Shown here in pieces: positions 26,221-39,609 of a stretch of DNA of 64,000 bases. The position numbers were made by a program, and so were the translations under genes. Source of the DNA: Octopus vulgaris (Eukaryota); NCBI GenBank assembly GCA_951406725.2, contig OX597825.1, positions 7,378,001-7,442,000 on the forward strand. The letters run 5' to 3'. Under the pieces are notes generated by a model that saw only the letters and a program-made list of their open reading frames with translations, was not told the origin of the DNA and did not search any database. Positions within the stretch are counted from its first letter, which is position 1. Every line of letters begins with the position of its first letter.

Positions 26221-26531
26221 ATTATATGTGATATCTATCTATCTCGCATTGAGTTTACCACAATTTTCCTGTATTCTTTCAGGATCTAGCTATCTGCCTA
26301 CCTACCTATCCACCTACCTACCTACCTACCTACCTACATACATACATACATACATACATACATACATACATACATACATACATACATACATACATACATA
26401 CCTCCTCCCCTTACATGTACACAGTTCAATATCATCTGAACGAAAGAAGAGTAGTCAAGATGATTGATATCTAAGTTTATTCCTCGCTAACTCTCTCTCT
26501 CTGGTTTACACACACGCACACACGCATACAC

Positions 26532-26589
<58 letters not shown>

Positions 26590-27109
26590 TGTTTGTGTGT
26601 GTATGTGCAAATCACTGTGGAGTGCAGAAGCCCGGTAAAATGATTAAATGAGTAAACAAGACAAGTCGTACAGTAAAACAATTTATCTCATCCTTCTCCG
26701 GAAATAAATTATTATAATATAAACCATAAAGCTGTAGGAGAATGTATGTCGATTCATTGTTAGAACGGACAGTGAGGCTTGCTTTATTCACAAAAGTACG
26801 TGCGTGTGTGTGTCTGTATATGTATATGTATATGTGCGTGTGTGGTGTGTCTGTCTTTGTGTTTGTTTTGCACCACCGCATGATGTTCGGTGTTGGTCTG
26901 ATTACTTCCCTGCAGCTTAGCAGCTCAGTAACAAGGAGCAATAGAATAAATATCAGAATAAATATCAGAAAAAAAAAGAGAAACATGATCAAAGAGTGGA
27001 AGGCGATGAACCCCCAACACCCGACATGGCTTCAGTCATATAAGGGTAACAAATGTGTGTGAGTGTTTGTCTGTGTGTGTGTGCGTGTGTGTATGTGTGT
27101 GTGTGTGTA

Positions 27110-27155
<46 letters not shown>

Positions 27156-27188
27156 AATTCTTGCTTGCTTAATATTTCTTTGATAAAA

Positions 27189-27588
27189 AGGCGGCGAGCT
27201 GGCAGAAACGTTAGCACGCGGGGCGAAATGCTTAGCAGTATTTCGTCTGTCTTTGTGTTCTGAGTTCAAATTCCGCCGAGGTCGACTTTGTCTTTCATCC
27301 TTTCGGGGTCGATTAAATAAATACCAGTTACGCAGTGGGGTCGATATAATCGACTTAATCCGTTTGTCTGTCCTTGTTTGTCCCCTCTGTGTGTAGCCCC
27401 TTGTAGGCAGTAAAGAAATAAGTATTTCGTCTATCTTTACGTTCTGAGTTCAAGTTCCGCCGAGGTCGACTTTGCCTTTCATACTTTTGGGATCGATAAA
27501 TCAAGTACCTGCTGCGTACTGGGGTCGATCTAATCGTCTGGGTCCCCTCCCCAAAAATTTCGGGCTTTTTGCTTAGAGTAGAAAAGAG
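27189..27588 (+). mobile_element. SINE family A dimer (tail 1, then tail 2)
   Basis: Full head GGCGGCGAGCTGGCAGAAACG; junction GAAATA|AGTATTTCGTC at ~27420. Confidence 0.92.
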
Positions 27589-29441
27589 TATTTTCTGTTG
27601 TCTAGTGTAGTATATTAGATGCTATATATATGTGCATACCAGTACACATACTCGTAAGTTTACTTTACATTTCATTCTTCTTCCCCACCTTCTCTCTCTC
27701 GATAGATGTGTGTGTGTGTGTGTGTATTTATGTTTGTGCATATGTATATGCATGCATGTATAAAAAAAGTCGTGGAAAAAATGGTAGCAGTTATTTGCAA
27801 TTAAGGAACAGTATACACATGCAATAAACACGATGTAGATATATAAAATAAATAATAATAAAGATCAAATTAATTTATATCTATTTAAGTGGCTGCCGTT
27901 ATTTGGAAGTCAGTGTGTGTGTAGGCTTGCCTGCATTGGTTGTAGTGGCTTCCCATAATGAAATAAAGAAATAAACATATAAATAGTGAAATAAACTCGA
28001 TAAGACAACAATCATAATGAAAGCTAATGTTTGAAATGTAGTTAATAACTGCACGGAACAACATCACAACATCGCAAGACATTAGAACAAGTGAACGGAG
28101 AAATTGCTTTGAAGAAAGATCGCGTGGCAAACGAAGATAAAAATGAAAACTGTACAGACAGACGGCGCTTTCATACTAACTGGAATGCATTTAGTAGTTG
28201 TAATTAAAATGGCGGAAAGGAACAAACAACACAGATTTCATGGTGTGTTTGACGCCAAAACTGGAGTTATTCTATTTGTATCTTGTCCGGATTCTTGTAT
28301 GAAATCGTTGCCAACGATTTGGAATTTTTTATTTATTTTCTCTTTTTTTCTTCCGTTTGGTTTTGTTGTGGGTTCTTTTACGCGTTGATTTCTTTTATAT
28401 TTTCTTAGTTCTTATATTTGCTAATTTTTGTATTTGCATTCCGTTTCTTGTTATATATATATATTATTTATTTATTTACTTCTCAGTTATATATATATAT
28501 ACTTTTTTATTTGTATTGTTACATGGTTAAGCATGCAAAAAATAAAAAAAAAATATTGTGAATGCGACAATGTGTTAAGTCGACATAGATAGCCCCCACC
28601 GCCCCACCCTATAGACGTGTTTCAATAAAGCAGACGATCTTTAAATTTCTCTTTGCCGCCTTTTTATTTGTACCTTTCTTTAATATTTTCTGTTTGATTT
28701 TTCTTCCTTTTTTGTGTGTGAATAACGTAATAATGGAGATACTGCAGTTATCGAAGAAGAGGAATAAAAAGATGATGACGATGATGATGATGATGGTGGT
28801 GATCGTGTTAGCAGTGGCGGTAGCCGTGGTGGTGGTGATGATGGTTCTGATGGTGATGGTAGTTATGATGATGATCTCGATAGTGGTGGTGGTGATGATG
28901 ATGATGTTGCTGATGATAACAATGATGGCGACGGCTACGACGTGGTTGTTGTCAATATTGTTACAAAGCTATTTGTGAGAAGAACTGATGTTGACATTAC
29001 GAAGATTCGCAACACTGGGTGCCGGCTTGAAAAGAACGGTTTCTGATATAGGTACAAGGTCAATAATTTTAGGGAGAAGGGTAGTTGTCAATACTTTCGA
29101 CTGAAGGAATTGTGTGGTACTTTTATCTGACCGATTCCAGAGCAATGAAAAGCAAGGTTGATGTCGGAAGGAGAGGATTATAATAATAGTAATAAAGAGA
29201 CTGATTTGGTTGATATGATTGCCGCTGCTGCTTCGATAAGCGCGGTTCTAGTGTATAATGGTGATATAGTGAATATCGAAAGGAAAGGGGGATAAACTGG
29301 AAAATGGGCATGAATAAATAATAATAATAATGCTGATGATAATAATAATAACAACAACAAGAACAATAATGATAATAATAATAATATATTATTTATATTA
29401 TTTACATTTGATGATATTTGTTCTCATCTTGTTTGTTGTTA

Positions 29442-29485
29442 ACACAATGTTTCGTCTGATATACTGTCCAGCCTTCATCAGGTGT
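29442..29485 (-). ncRNA. Minimal type-I hammerhead ribozyme motif (Penelope type)
   Basis: ACAC-CTGATGA-A-GGCTG-GACAGTATAT-CAGAC-GAAACAT-T-GTGT. Helix I ACAC/GTGT; helix II GGCTG/CAGAC with one mismatch; helix III ACGT has decayed to ACAT. Confidence 0.6.
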
Positions 29486-29504
29486 CCTAGGGAAATTTCG
29501 AACC

Positions 29505-29987
29505 AGTATGATTTTTTCATACAGTGCAACCAAGTCATAGAGGCGGGACGACCAGATATCGTGCTCATCCATAAAGACGAGAAAGAAGTAAAGATAATAG
29601 ATGTTGCAATAACAGGCAATTCGAGGGTGAAATGTAAGGAAGTACAAAAGACTGAGAAATACCAGTCACTGAAGGACGAGATAAAGTTATGGGGCATGTG
29701 GAAAGTAATGGTGAATACCAGTGGTAATTGGAGCATTAGGAGCAGTTTCAAGGCCTTTGAAAAACATATTAAGAATATTGGAGCTGCTGTTAGGCTCGAG
29801 GTGATCCAGAAGACAGCATTGTTGTGTACAGCTCGCATTCTAAGGAGAGTATAGTCTCTTTGAATCACAGGAGAAGGCACTACTTGAAACCTTTGGTGAT
29901 TTGTTATTGCCTTCTTTCAACTAAAGAGTAACTGGTAATTAAGAACTACATGAGAGTCTTTCAGAATAACAACAAAAATAATAACAA
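29505..29987 (+). mobile_element. R4/Dong-clade RLE C-terminal fragment plus 3'UTR
   Basis: ORF 29330-29854 C-terminal half: DFFIQCNQVIEAGRPDIVLIHKDEKEVKIIDVAITG...KY..LKDEI.LW...QKTALLCTARILRRV* (PD..D RLE signature). Ends in AAT/AAC repeats. Confidence 0.88.
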
Positions 29988-30204
29988 TCCTTTCTACTGT
30001 GGGCACAAGGCCTGGACTTTTGGGGGAAATGGGACTAGTCGATTACATGGACCACAGTGTTTCACTGGTACTTAATATATCGACCCTCAAAAGATGAAAG
30101 ACAAAGTCGACCTCGGCGGAATTTGAACTCGGAAAGTAGTAGCAGACGAAATATCGCTAAGCATTTCGCTCGGTGTGTTAACAATTCTGCCAGCTCACCG
30201 CCTT
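29988..30204 (-). mobile_element. SINE family A monomer (tail 2)
   Basis: Core and head homologous to the other A copies. Confidence 0.88.
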
Positions 30205-30247
30205 TTCGACAGTTGCCATCTCTTACAGAGAAATAATAATAATAATG

Positions 30248-30305
<58 letters not shown>

Positions 30306-31287
30306 TAATAATAATAATAATAATGATAACAATAATAATGATGATGATGATGATGATGATGATGCGACTCTTAAAACTTTGAATGAAGAGCTGTTGTTAC
30401 AAATACGATTTGAGATTGGAAATGACATCAAATTGTCTCTCGTTTGTCTGGAAAGCGTCTTACAAAGGACACCATGCTAACTTCGGAATAACTTCCTTTG
30501 CAAATAAGTTAAATTTATAGAACTTCATTTTCAAATATCTCCACAGTCTGCTTCACAGATCATTCGACGCCATCCAGTCAGTAATCGTATCAAAAGCTAT
30601 GTGTAGAAATCTTGAACACAGCAACATATTAGATCTTGGTGGTTCGATATTTACGATGGGAATTAAACTCAAAAGAATATTATTAATAAATAACACCGTA
30701 ACGGATACTAACTATTTCTACTGTAAATCATATTAAATATTATTATAATTAACATTAATTTGACATGAAAAAAGCAACATATCAAGGAAATTTGGACTAC
30801 GCTATCTTCCTCTTGTCTGGCGGTAACATTACAATACTTAACTGATTTTAACCAAACTTCTACTTGATATACGTTAATAAACCAGTAATTTACGTATGAG
30901 ACTTGTTCCCCAAATTGATTTGGTCAGTTTAAGTAAAGCCTTAAAACTAAGTTATTTATAAGCAATGTCCACCTGTGGACATTTAATGCAGGTGGAGAGT
31001 CGTGGAGGGAATCGCAACTCTGGATTAAAACTAATCCTGCAGATCATTCCATTTAACCCCCGAAGAAATAATATATCGAAATACAATGTCGAATATCTGT
31101 TTAATACGTATAGGCGCAGGAGTGGCTGTGTGGTTAGGCGCTATCTTACCATCCATATGGTCCTAGGTTCAGTCCCAGAGCGTGGCATCTTGGGCAAGTG
31201 CCTTCTAATATATCCTCGGGTCGACCAAAGCTTTGTGAGTAGATTTTGTAGACGGAAACTGAAAGAAGCCGTCGTATATATATATAT

Positions 31288-31500
31288 AAAGTTAATCCAA
31301 ACATGAAAATACAAAGAGAAAACACAACAACACGAGGACCTGGAACAAATATAGTATTATTGGACGCTCAGGAAGGAAGGGAAGAAGGAGGGTTTAACGT
31401 TTCGAGCGGAGCTCTTCGTCAGAAACATAGGAAAAGGAAAGATCCAGAGAAGGGAAGACGGCGGAAAAAAAATCGCCAACGGTACACACGCGGTCACGTC
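31288..31500 (-). mobile_element. Penelope-like terminal (pseudo-LTR) fragment
   Basis: Carries a hammerhead core and the downstream CCTGAGCGTCCAATAATACT motif shared with 3405-3548 and 45600-45900. Ends at (TA)n. Confidence 0.65.
31392..31426 (-). ncRNA. Intact-looking minimal type-I hammerhead ribozyme
   Basis: GTTT-CTGACGA-A-GAGC-TCC-GCTC-GAAACGT-T-AAAC. Helix I GTTT/AAAC; helix II GAGC/GCTC; palindromic ACGT helix III; GUU cleavage triplet. Confidence 0.72.
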
Positions 31501-32197
31501 TGTTCCCCCAACATCGCTTGACAACCGAAGCTGGTGTGTTTACGTCCCCGTAACTTAGCAGTTACCGATAAGAAACCGATAAGATAAGTACTAAACTTAC
31601 AAAGAATAAGTCCTGCGGTCGATTTGCTTGACTTAGGGCAGTGCTCCAGCATGGCAACAGTCAAATGCATGAAACAAATAAAAGAATAAAAGACGATATA
31701 TATATATCTTTATTCTCCCTCTTTTGATCCACAAAAAAACTGACCTAAGGGAATTAACCCGTCATCACTGACCCCAGACTATTCTTGGATGACTAAGTGA
31801 TCAAATGTCCGTAATGGGTTCCTTTACATTTATCTTCGGCCTTAGAGCCTAACGAGTCGACCACGAAGCTAAAGCCATTGGTCATATATACTAGCGGGAA
31901 TCGGTTGACTAATCACAATGAAGCTCTCGATAGGATAAGCAATTGCATGCGTAAAAGTGCATCACTTGGCTTGTATCGAGAGAAGAAAACGGAGGTGTCG
32001 TCTGCAACGGCATTAGGGAAGCAAATAGTTCCAGCAGAGTAATGGTTATTATACACATGGGTGCAAATAGGAATTGGAAATTAGAATCAATCCCTTTAAT
32101 GTAGACTGGAACCTCACGAAATGCCATCCTGCTTAATTACTGCTGCCTTTATGCGCTGCTAAATTACACACGAGGGAGTGTGACCCTTGGAATTAAT

Positions 32198-32256
<59 letters not shown>

Positions 32257-32364
32257 ATATATGTACATACGTGTGCATGTATATATATATATGAATATAT
32301 AATATATTGTGAGAAAGATGCGTATAGATAAAAACATGTATGTGTGTTTGTGTGTGTGTGCGTG

Positions 32365-32400
<36 letters not shown>

Positions 32401-32618
32401 GAGAAAGATGCGAAAGATGCGTATTGATAAAAACATGTAGATGTGTGTGTGTTTGTGTGTCTGTACCTGTGTGTTTGTGTATGTACCTATATTTATAGTG
32501 AAAGGGGAGAGAAAGATGTATATTTATACATATTTCCACACACACACACACACACATATATATACACATACACACGAATGTATATGTACATATGTATGTA
32601 TATGTTTACATGTGTTTA

Positions 32619-32666
<48 letters not shown>

Positions 32667-33124
32667 TGTGAGTATCATAATTTATGTGTGTGTATCTGGG
32701 TTACTGAAGCTATGTCTGTGCAGAATTGAATGACATTGTTCATGTTATATGTAAAAAAGAAGCGGTTAGCTTCAGTGATTCGCTTTTGTCGGAGCCTATT
32801 GCAGCTCAAGCAGTACTGAGCCATCTAGTCTTTACACCTTTGCATTGCATTATGCAGCTTCCTTCCCTGTCTCTTTCTTCATACCTCTCACTTTATCATA
32901 CAATCTCTCTCTCTATCCCTTTCTATCATTCAATCTCCTTCTCTCCTTCCTCTCTCTCTCACACATAATCTCACCCACGCAGTCACGGTTAGGTATTCAC
33001 ATATGTTCTTCTGTATCCAGTTTTAACTGCTGTAGGAACGCATTATTCAGCAATCCTAACCAATATATCTACTTTGAAGGATGTACCATTCTGTCTCATC
33101 TCGTTCTATTTGCCAGCATCAAGT

Positions 33125-33370
33125 AAATAATTACACGTTAGTCCTGTGTTGTATTTGTGGAAGCTTTTCTTCGAAAGAATGAGCAACGCCTGAAAGGGAA
33201 ACCTGAAAAAGCTATATTTGCACAGCTAACCTCTAAATTCAAGTTGTTTTTGGCCAGCAAAGGTTATATTTGTAAACTGTTTAACAATGAGTAACAATCG
33301 CTCGCCAATCAGTCCGAAAACAAAAGTCATTCATCCATTATATCTTTGGAGGTTAGACAATACCACACTT
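33125..33370 (+). mobile_element. Possible highly decayed DNA-transposase N-terminal fragment
   Basis: Across frameshifts: LCCICGSF...KKLYL...WPAKVIFVNCLTM...PLYLWR. Resembles the FCYICG..KAY..WAPH.IC..C...PM.WRE N-terminus of a widespread invertebrate transposase family. Confidence 0.3.
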
Positions 33371-34502
33371 TTCAAGGTGACTCTGGGAGAGTACAAAAGG
33401 TGTAGAACGCTTATAGGCAGACACAATTTAATAATACACCCTTCCTTCAAAATAAATGCACCAGTACATACGTATATGCATCTACCCATCTCACCATCCA
33501 TCCATATGCATGCATATATATATATATATATATATATATGCATAATGGCGTACATAAATATTCAGACGATCTGTTCTCAACACTTTACCTTTCAATTGCC
33601 TGCTTATCTATCTACCTGTATTTCTCAACTTCTTGTACATTTCCATCTCTTCTTCTTCCCTTCCCCAAACTTTTCTCTCCATCTCCGTTTCTCTGTATTT
33701 CTTTCTGTTTCCCGTTCTTACCCTTTTCTTCTTCTTCTTCGTCTTCTTCATTTTACCTCTCGAACATTCCCACCATATATCATCAGTCATTCACATACAT
33801 ACACATACACACACTTCACCTCTCCTACATACATACACACATACACACATGTGCGTGTGTGAACCATATTCTTCGCGTAGTTCTGTTGAATAGTTAAAGA
33901 GATAAAGAAGACCACAGGAACCTTTGCTGATACGCTCTTTATCTGATTATCCTCAGGTCTTCTCCCTTATTCTTCTTTCAATCATCATTCCTTATAATCG
34001 ATATGTATTCTTTCGATAGCCTAGCAAATCAATCTTTCTACTAGTCTATTTATCTTCCAACATAAGTATGCGCATGTGCGTATATATTTCTACACACACA
34101 CAAACACATACACATACACACACGTATATCCAGAAGTGTGTATAATACTCATAAATATTTCAATAAAAACAAAACAATTTCCATATACAGTCATAAACAC
34201 AGGAACAAATTGCAACCAGCTGCACATGCGCCATGCAAAGCATACATACATACATACATACATACACACATACATATACACAACCACACATACCTACATA
34301 CACATACATACATACATACTTACATACATACATACATATACACAACCACACATACATACACACATACATACATACATACACACAAACATACATACATACA
34401 TACATACATACATACATACATACATACATACATGCATACATATGTACATACACACACATTCATACAATATATGTACATAGTCACGCAGATATATACACAC
34501 AC

Positions 34503-34544
<42 letters not shown>

Positions 34545-35342
34545 GTATTATGGCTACGTATCATATGTATGGCTACAAGAGCCTCAACACCTTATCTTTA
34601 ATTATCAAACGAATAATATTTAATATCGTACATACTTCTTTAAAATACCTACATACATTTATATACACAGCATGCTCCCACTCATGCAAACACACAAACA
34701 TATAACACACACACACACATATACACAACACACACACACACACCATACACTAATACACTAACACGCACATATACACAACATACACTAACACACATCCTAC
34801 ACTAACGCGCGCGCTGTAAACATCCCTTATATCCTCGAAAATCTATCTTTATTCGTCCTTTTGTCTTTAGTCTATTTCTGTTTTCTTCCTAACGCTTCAT
34901 CTTTCTCCACCGCACTTTGCATCCCCCACCACACACTACTACTACTACTACTTTATTCGCCTCCGTCCATTTTAATATCTGTTAATCTCTCTCTCTCTCT
35001 CTCTCTCAACGATTCTCTTTTCCTCCTACCTCTCTCTCTCTACTTTTCTCCTTTACTATTCAAGAATGATGAATGTCTACATACGTTAGAACAATTGACA
35101 AGATGCATTTATCAAATCTAGCTAAGAATCTCCCTTATCGGTGTTCAATTTCTGTGAAAGCCGGGATTATCTTTCATAAATCCACGAGCTGGATCAACTG
35201 AGTATTCCCTTCAGCGTTAAACGTTAATCTTTTCTCTATTCAGTATGTCTTCAGGCATGCAGGCAATTCAAAGTAACCAGGGCCTTAATAGGCTGAAGCA
35301 CAGCTGTGTGGTTAAGGAGTTTGTTTTCCTATTACTTTAGGT

Positions 35343-35542
35343 CAGGGGTTCCAAACCGGTGGTTCCCGAACCCTTGTGGGGTCTCGAAGCCTTGGCAGGT
35401 GGGGTCGTGTAGCCTTGCTAAAAGTGGCTTGGGTTAATATTAATTAATTAAAATGTAAATGAAGCTGCTGATAGTAGGGGATCGCGTGGATTTCAAGCTT
35501 TTGGGTAAAGGGTCGCGAGTGCAAATACGTTGGGAAAGGTTG
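35343..35542. mobile_element. hAT (Charlie-like) MITE with 8-bp TSD
   Basis: CTTTAGGT|CAGGGGTTCCAAAC ... GTTGGGAAAGGTTG|CTTTAGAT (7/8 TSD with central TA). Confidence 0.8.
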
Positions 35543-35572
35543 CTTTAGATCGATCCCAGTATGTGGCACTTT

Positions 35573-35882
35573 GTTTGTTGTTGTTGTTCGTTCCTTCTCG
35601 AGCCACGCCTGGCGCATTAGGGACGGTTCCCGGTTTCCCGGTTTCCTTGGCGTATAGGTTCCCCACCTGGATGGAACGCCGATCCGTCGCAGGTGAGCTG
35701 CAAGATGCAGGGGAAAGTTGTGGTGAAAGAGCCAGCAGAAGTTCGCCATTACCTTCTGCCGGAGCCGCGTAGAGCTTAGGTGTTTTCGCTCATAAACACA
35801 TACGTTGCCCGGTCTGAGATTCGAACTCGCGATCCCTCGATCGCGAGTCCACTGCTCTAACCACTATGCAATATTCCTCCAC
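35573..35882 (-). mobile_element. SINE family C (tail C1) with 12-bp TSD
   Basis: ATGTGGCACTTT at 35561-35572 and 35883-35894; tRNA head with B box GAGTTCGAATCTC; (CAA)n tail. Confidence 0.9.
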
Positions 35883-36694
35883 ATGTGGCACTTTAGGCCG
35901 ACTAAATCATTGTGAGGGGAAATAATTTTGCAAACGAAAGAAATCGAATTTTAGTGACTGGTATAAACTGCATCTATAATCGACAAGATATCGCTCCAGT
36001 GGACTTCTTATTGGGAATTAATTGTTGCGGCATAATTTTGAACCTAGTGTTGTCGATGTAAGATATTTTATCAGAAAACCCGCAAAGGGCTGATTATAGT
36101 AAAGAGAATGATTATTAAAGATATCCCCGTTTATAGAGAGATTGGAAATTGCAATGGAATTACTTTCAATAACACCACTTCAGATAGATCTACGATGGTT
36201 GGATTTAATATTTGATATATCGGAGGCATTAATTAGTTTTAAGAAAGGGAAAATATGAGTGCGAATTTAAATCTAAAATAGCGTCAGGGAAATTAGCAAC
36301 GTTAAAATTATTACCGAAAGCAATGAATAAATTATATTTACTGAAGAATTTATATTGAGATTTGCAGTTACGTTGAAGGTTAGGGTTAGAATACGCAAGA
36401 CAACGAACAATGTGTCGTCCCTGTAGAGATTCACTTCCAATTTTAGGAAAATGTGTATGGAGCTGATATTGATAGAATAAGCTAACCAAATCTGTAACTT
36501 GTGTGGAATCAAAAGATTTTATCCGAAATATAAAAGTAATTATTATTAGACGATCTACAGTATAGTTTATTATTGAAAGAAATAAGAGTTGCTCTGTCTG
36601 TTAGTATGACATCCATATTCAAAAGAAAGAGAGAGAGAGAGTAAGAAATAGAGAGAGAGAGAACGAAAGAGGAGAGATGCGTTGATTTTGTAGT

Positions 36695-36965
36695 GAATAT
36701 GAAGGCTTTATTAAGTAAAGCTGTGGATGCAGAATAATAACTGTTAATGTCAAACTGTAAGGAGGTGGTGTTGCTCTCTTAATAGGTTGAAGATGAATCT
36801 AAGTTGTTACTTCACCTGTATTACTCCAAAGGTTAAGCTTAAGTTTATCTTTAACAATTGGAATAATCCTATGTAAAATAGTTTTATTAATACGATCAAG
36901 GTGGGTGCCAATGGGGCAAATAATTGTGATTGAAAGTTTAAGGAGGAAAACGGCCTTGGGTTCTC
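36695..36965 (-). mobile_element. Penelope-like element reverse transcriptase fragment
   Basis: IICPIGTHLDRINKTILHRIIPIVKDKLKLNLWSNTGEV / ESNTTSLQFDINSYYSASTALLNKAFIF matches the PLE RT pattern LN.W.NT..V...QFDI..FY.SI...LL.KAL.F. Confidence 0.7.
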
Positions 36966-38178
36966 CGAACAGAAGTAAGGAGGTCGATGTGTGTACGGTT
37001 CTGGCCTATTGGCTGCACCTAGTTTTCTAACATGTTCATAATGCTGGTCATTAATATTCTTCGTGACAAACTTGTCAGCCGTTTTATGATTCTTATTAAT
37101 TTTCTTAGTAATAAAGTCTTTATAAGCGTTTGAAGAAAGAGCGGACAGAATACCAGACTTGTCAGTGAAAACATGGATATTAGACGGTCGTGTAACCCGG
37201 GAAACAATCCTTGATCGTTCCTTCTAGTATGGGTACTTCGAAAATTTTATTTTCTTAATCATTTTCTGTACATCAGTTCAAAATTAACCGATAGAGAGGT
37301 TGGGTTTTTAGAAGGCTTTAAATTTAAGGAATTGTTCAGTCCTTGAATGTTTGAAACAACTGTAAAGACTGAATCAAATAATATATATTTTCTTATGCAA
37401 CTTTTTTAGATAAATGATTTAATGTTAATAAATGTGCTTGTCCCACTTTTGTCTTTTTATCACATACTGGATCTATACCTGTCGTACAGTCAGCTCTTGT
37501 TTTACGGGACAATTTTCACCATGACTAGGATGTTGGATTTTAAGAATCCAGGCAAGTCCGTCTACTAATCCTGTGTCCATCTATCATGCGCGTACACTAT
37601 CGTCTTCAAACCCACAAGAGATGTATCTGTGTATGTGTATCTACGTATAGCCTTTACTGTTATGTTTAGAGCTCCACGTAGATCATCATTTTCCAGCCTG
37701 CTTGCTGTATAGTTGTTATGTAACTTCTATACTTAATGGCATTACTAGGACATAGTTATCTGTCACATAATGCAATGAACTGCTTCCTGAAGGTTCGTTG
37801 TAGTTAAGCATCTAAATATACTCGGAACACCTAATATAGGGCCTCAAACAAACATAACTGTGAAATGCGCGTAGGGTCTATAAAATAAACCTGTGTTTAT
37901 TCTTATTTCTACAACACACATACACAAACACACACACGTACGCATACACACACAGAATGACAGAGAGAGAGAGGCCCTCCCCCCACACACATACACACAG
38001 ACAGACTCTCTTCCCACACGCATACACATCGTCCATGCCTATACAGTATATGAAATGATTGTTCCAGACGTGGCAGAAAGTTAACGTCAATTTATGACCG
38101 AGGTTTTTATTATAGATCCGCTGATAACGATTTCCACTGTCATGTCACTCAAGAAAAACAGCCGTTAAAACTCCATTC

Positions 38179-38570
38179 ACTCTTTTACTCTTTTACTTGT
38201 TTCAGTCATTTGACTGTGGCCATGCTGGAACACCGCCTTTAGTCGAGCATATCGATCTCAGGACTTATTCTTTGTAAGACCAGTACTTATTCTATCGGTC
38301 TTTTTACCGATCCGCTAAGTTACGGGGACGTAAACACACCAGCATCGGTTGTCAAGCGATGTTGGGAGGGCGAACACACATACAAACACACGCACACACA
38401 TATATATATATATACGACGGGCTTCTTTCAGTTTCCGTCTACCAAATCCACTCAGAAGGCTTTGGTCAGCCCGAGGCTATTGTAGAAGACACTTGCCCAA
38501 GGTGGCACCCTGTGGGACTGAACCCGGAACCATGTGGTTGGTAAGCAAGCTACTTACCACACAGCTACAC
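38179..38570 (-). mobile_element. SINE family B, near full-length
   Basis: Colinear with 18757-19157; (GAGTAAAA)n tail. Confidence 0.93.
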
Positions 38571-39295
38571 CAGCAAAAAAATCATTTTTATGTTTCTCAG
38601 TTGGTGCCCTCGTTTCCTAACGTCTGAACTCTCAACATGATCCCAGTTCAGACGCAGTAAAACCAAGAAGAACAGCATGAACACCCCATAATCACATTCT
38701 CTCATTCTCTTACGAATCTAAACCATTATTCTGACATAGCAGATGATTCGTTCCAAGAATATTTCATCGCAAATACACTTACGTTAAGTATCCAGTTTCA
38801 TAAGTTGCAGGAAATTGTTTCTCAACTTATTTCCCGTTGTGAGTGCGCGTGCGTATTGTGTATGTGTGTGAGTGCGCGTGCGTAGTGTGTGTGTAAAGGT
38901 TTGTAAATTTCTAAGTATGTATGTGTATAGTTAGTTTATTATGGGTGAGCTAAGTTTACCTTGTACCTTGTTTTTAGTTTAATATGTTTTTGTCTAAGTT
39001 CTCATTATCGATATTAATGTAGTTGTTATTGTTGTTTCTGCCAATGTTCTTGTTGTTATTGCTGTAGAAGTAGAGTTATTTCATTTATTATAAGGTGTTG
39101 CTACTGCTTCTGCTGTTGCTGCTGCCACTGTTGTTGTTGTTGTTGTTGTTGTCATCAACTGGAATTTTACCGAAAATTGGAATTTGATTGGATTTGTATT
39201 TGTTTTCTGACGTATGGTGACAGTCCGTATATTTATGCTCGCGCGTGTCTCTATGCACTTCTGTCTGCGCAATACACCCCACATATGCACACACA

Positions 39296-39346
<51 letters not shown>

Positions 39347-39609
39347 ATATATGCATACATAGATACACATGTCTGTGTTCACATACACACATATATATAC
39401 ATAGATACACATGTCTGTGTTCACATACACACATATATATATAGACACAGACATAAGACTCGATTTTAAGTAATGTCGTCGCTTGATTTTCATTTAAGAA
39501 CTTAAGCAGCACAGACGTGGATTTTCAGATCAATTAAGGTCTTACATGCAGTTGCTGAGATGCGCCATCAATGGGCGCCTGTTGCAGTTGGTGTTATAAT
39601 ATTGCTTTG

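Larger units (their letters stand above)
31112..31692 (+). mobile_element. SINE family B interrupted at its internal (TA)n by a Penelope-like fragment
   Basis: 5' half 31112-31287 and 3' half 31501-31692 resume colinearly with intact copies. Confidence 0.9.

Noticed and set aside
36378-36390. GGTTAGGGTTAG telomere-like or Helentron-like motif
   Set aside because: Only two units, with no supporting terminal structure identified.
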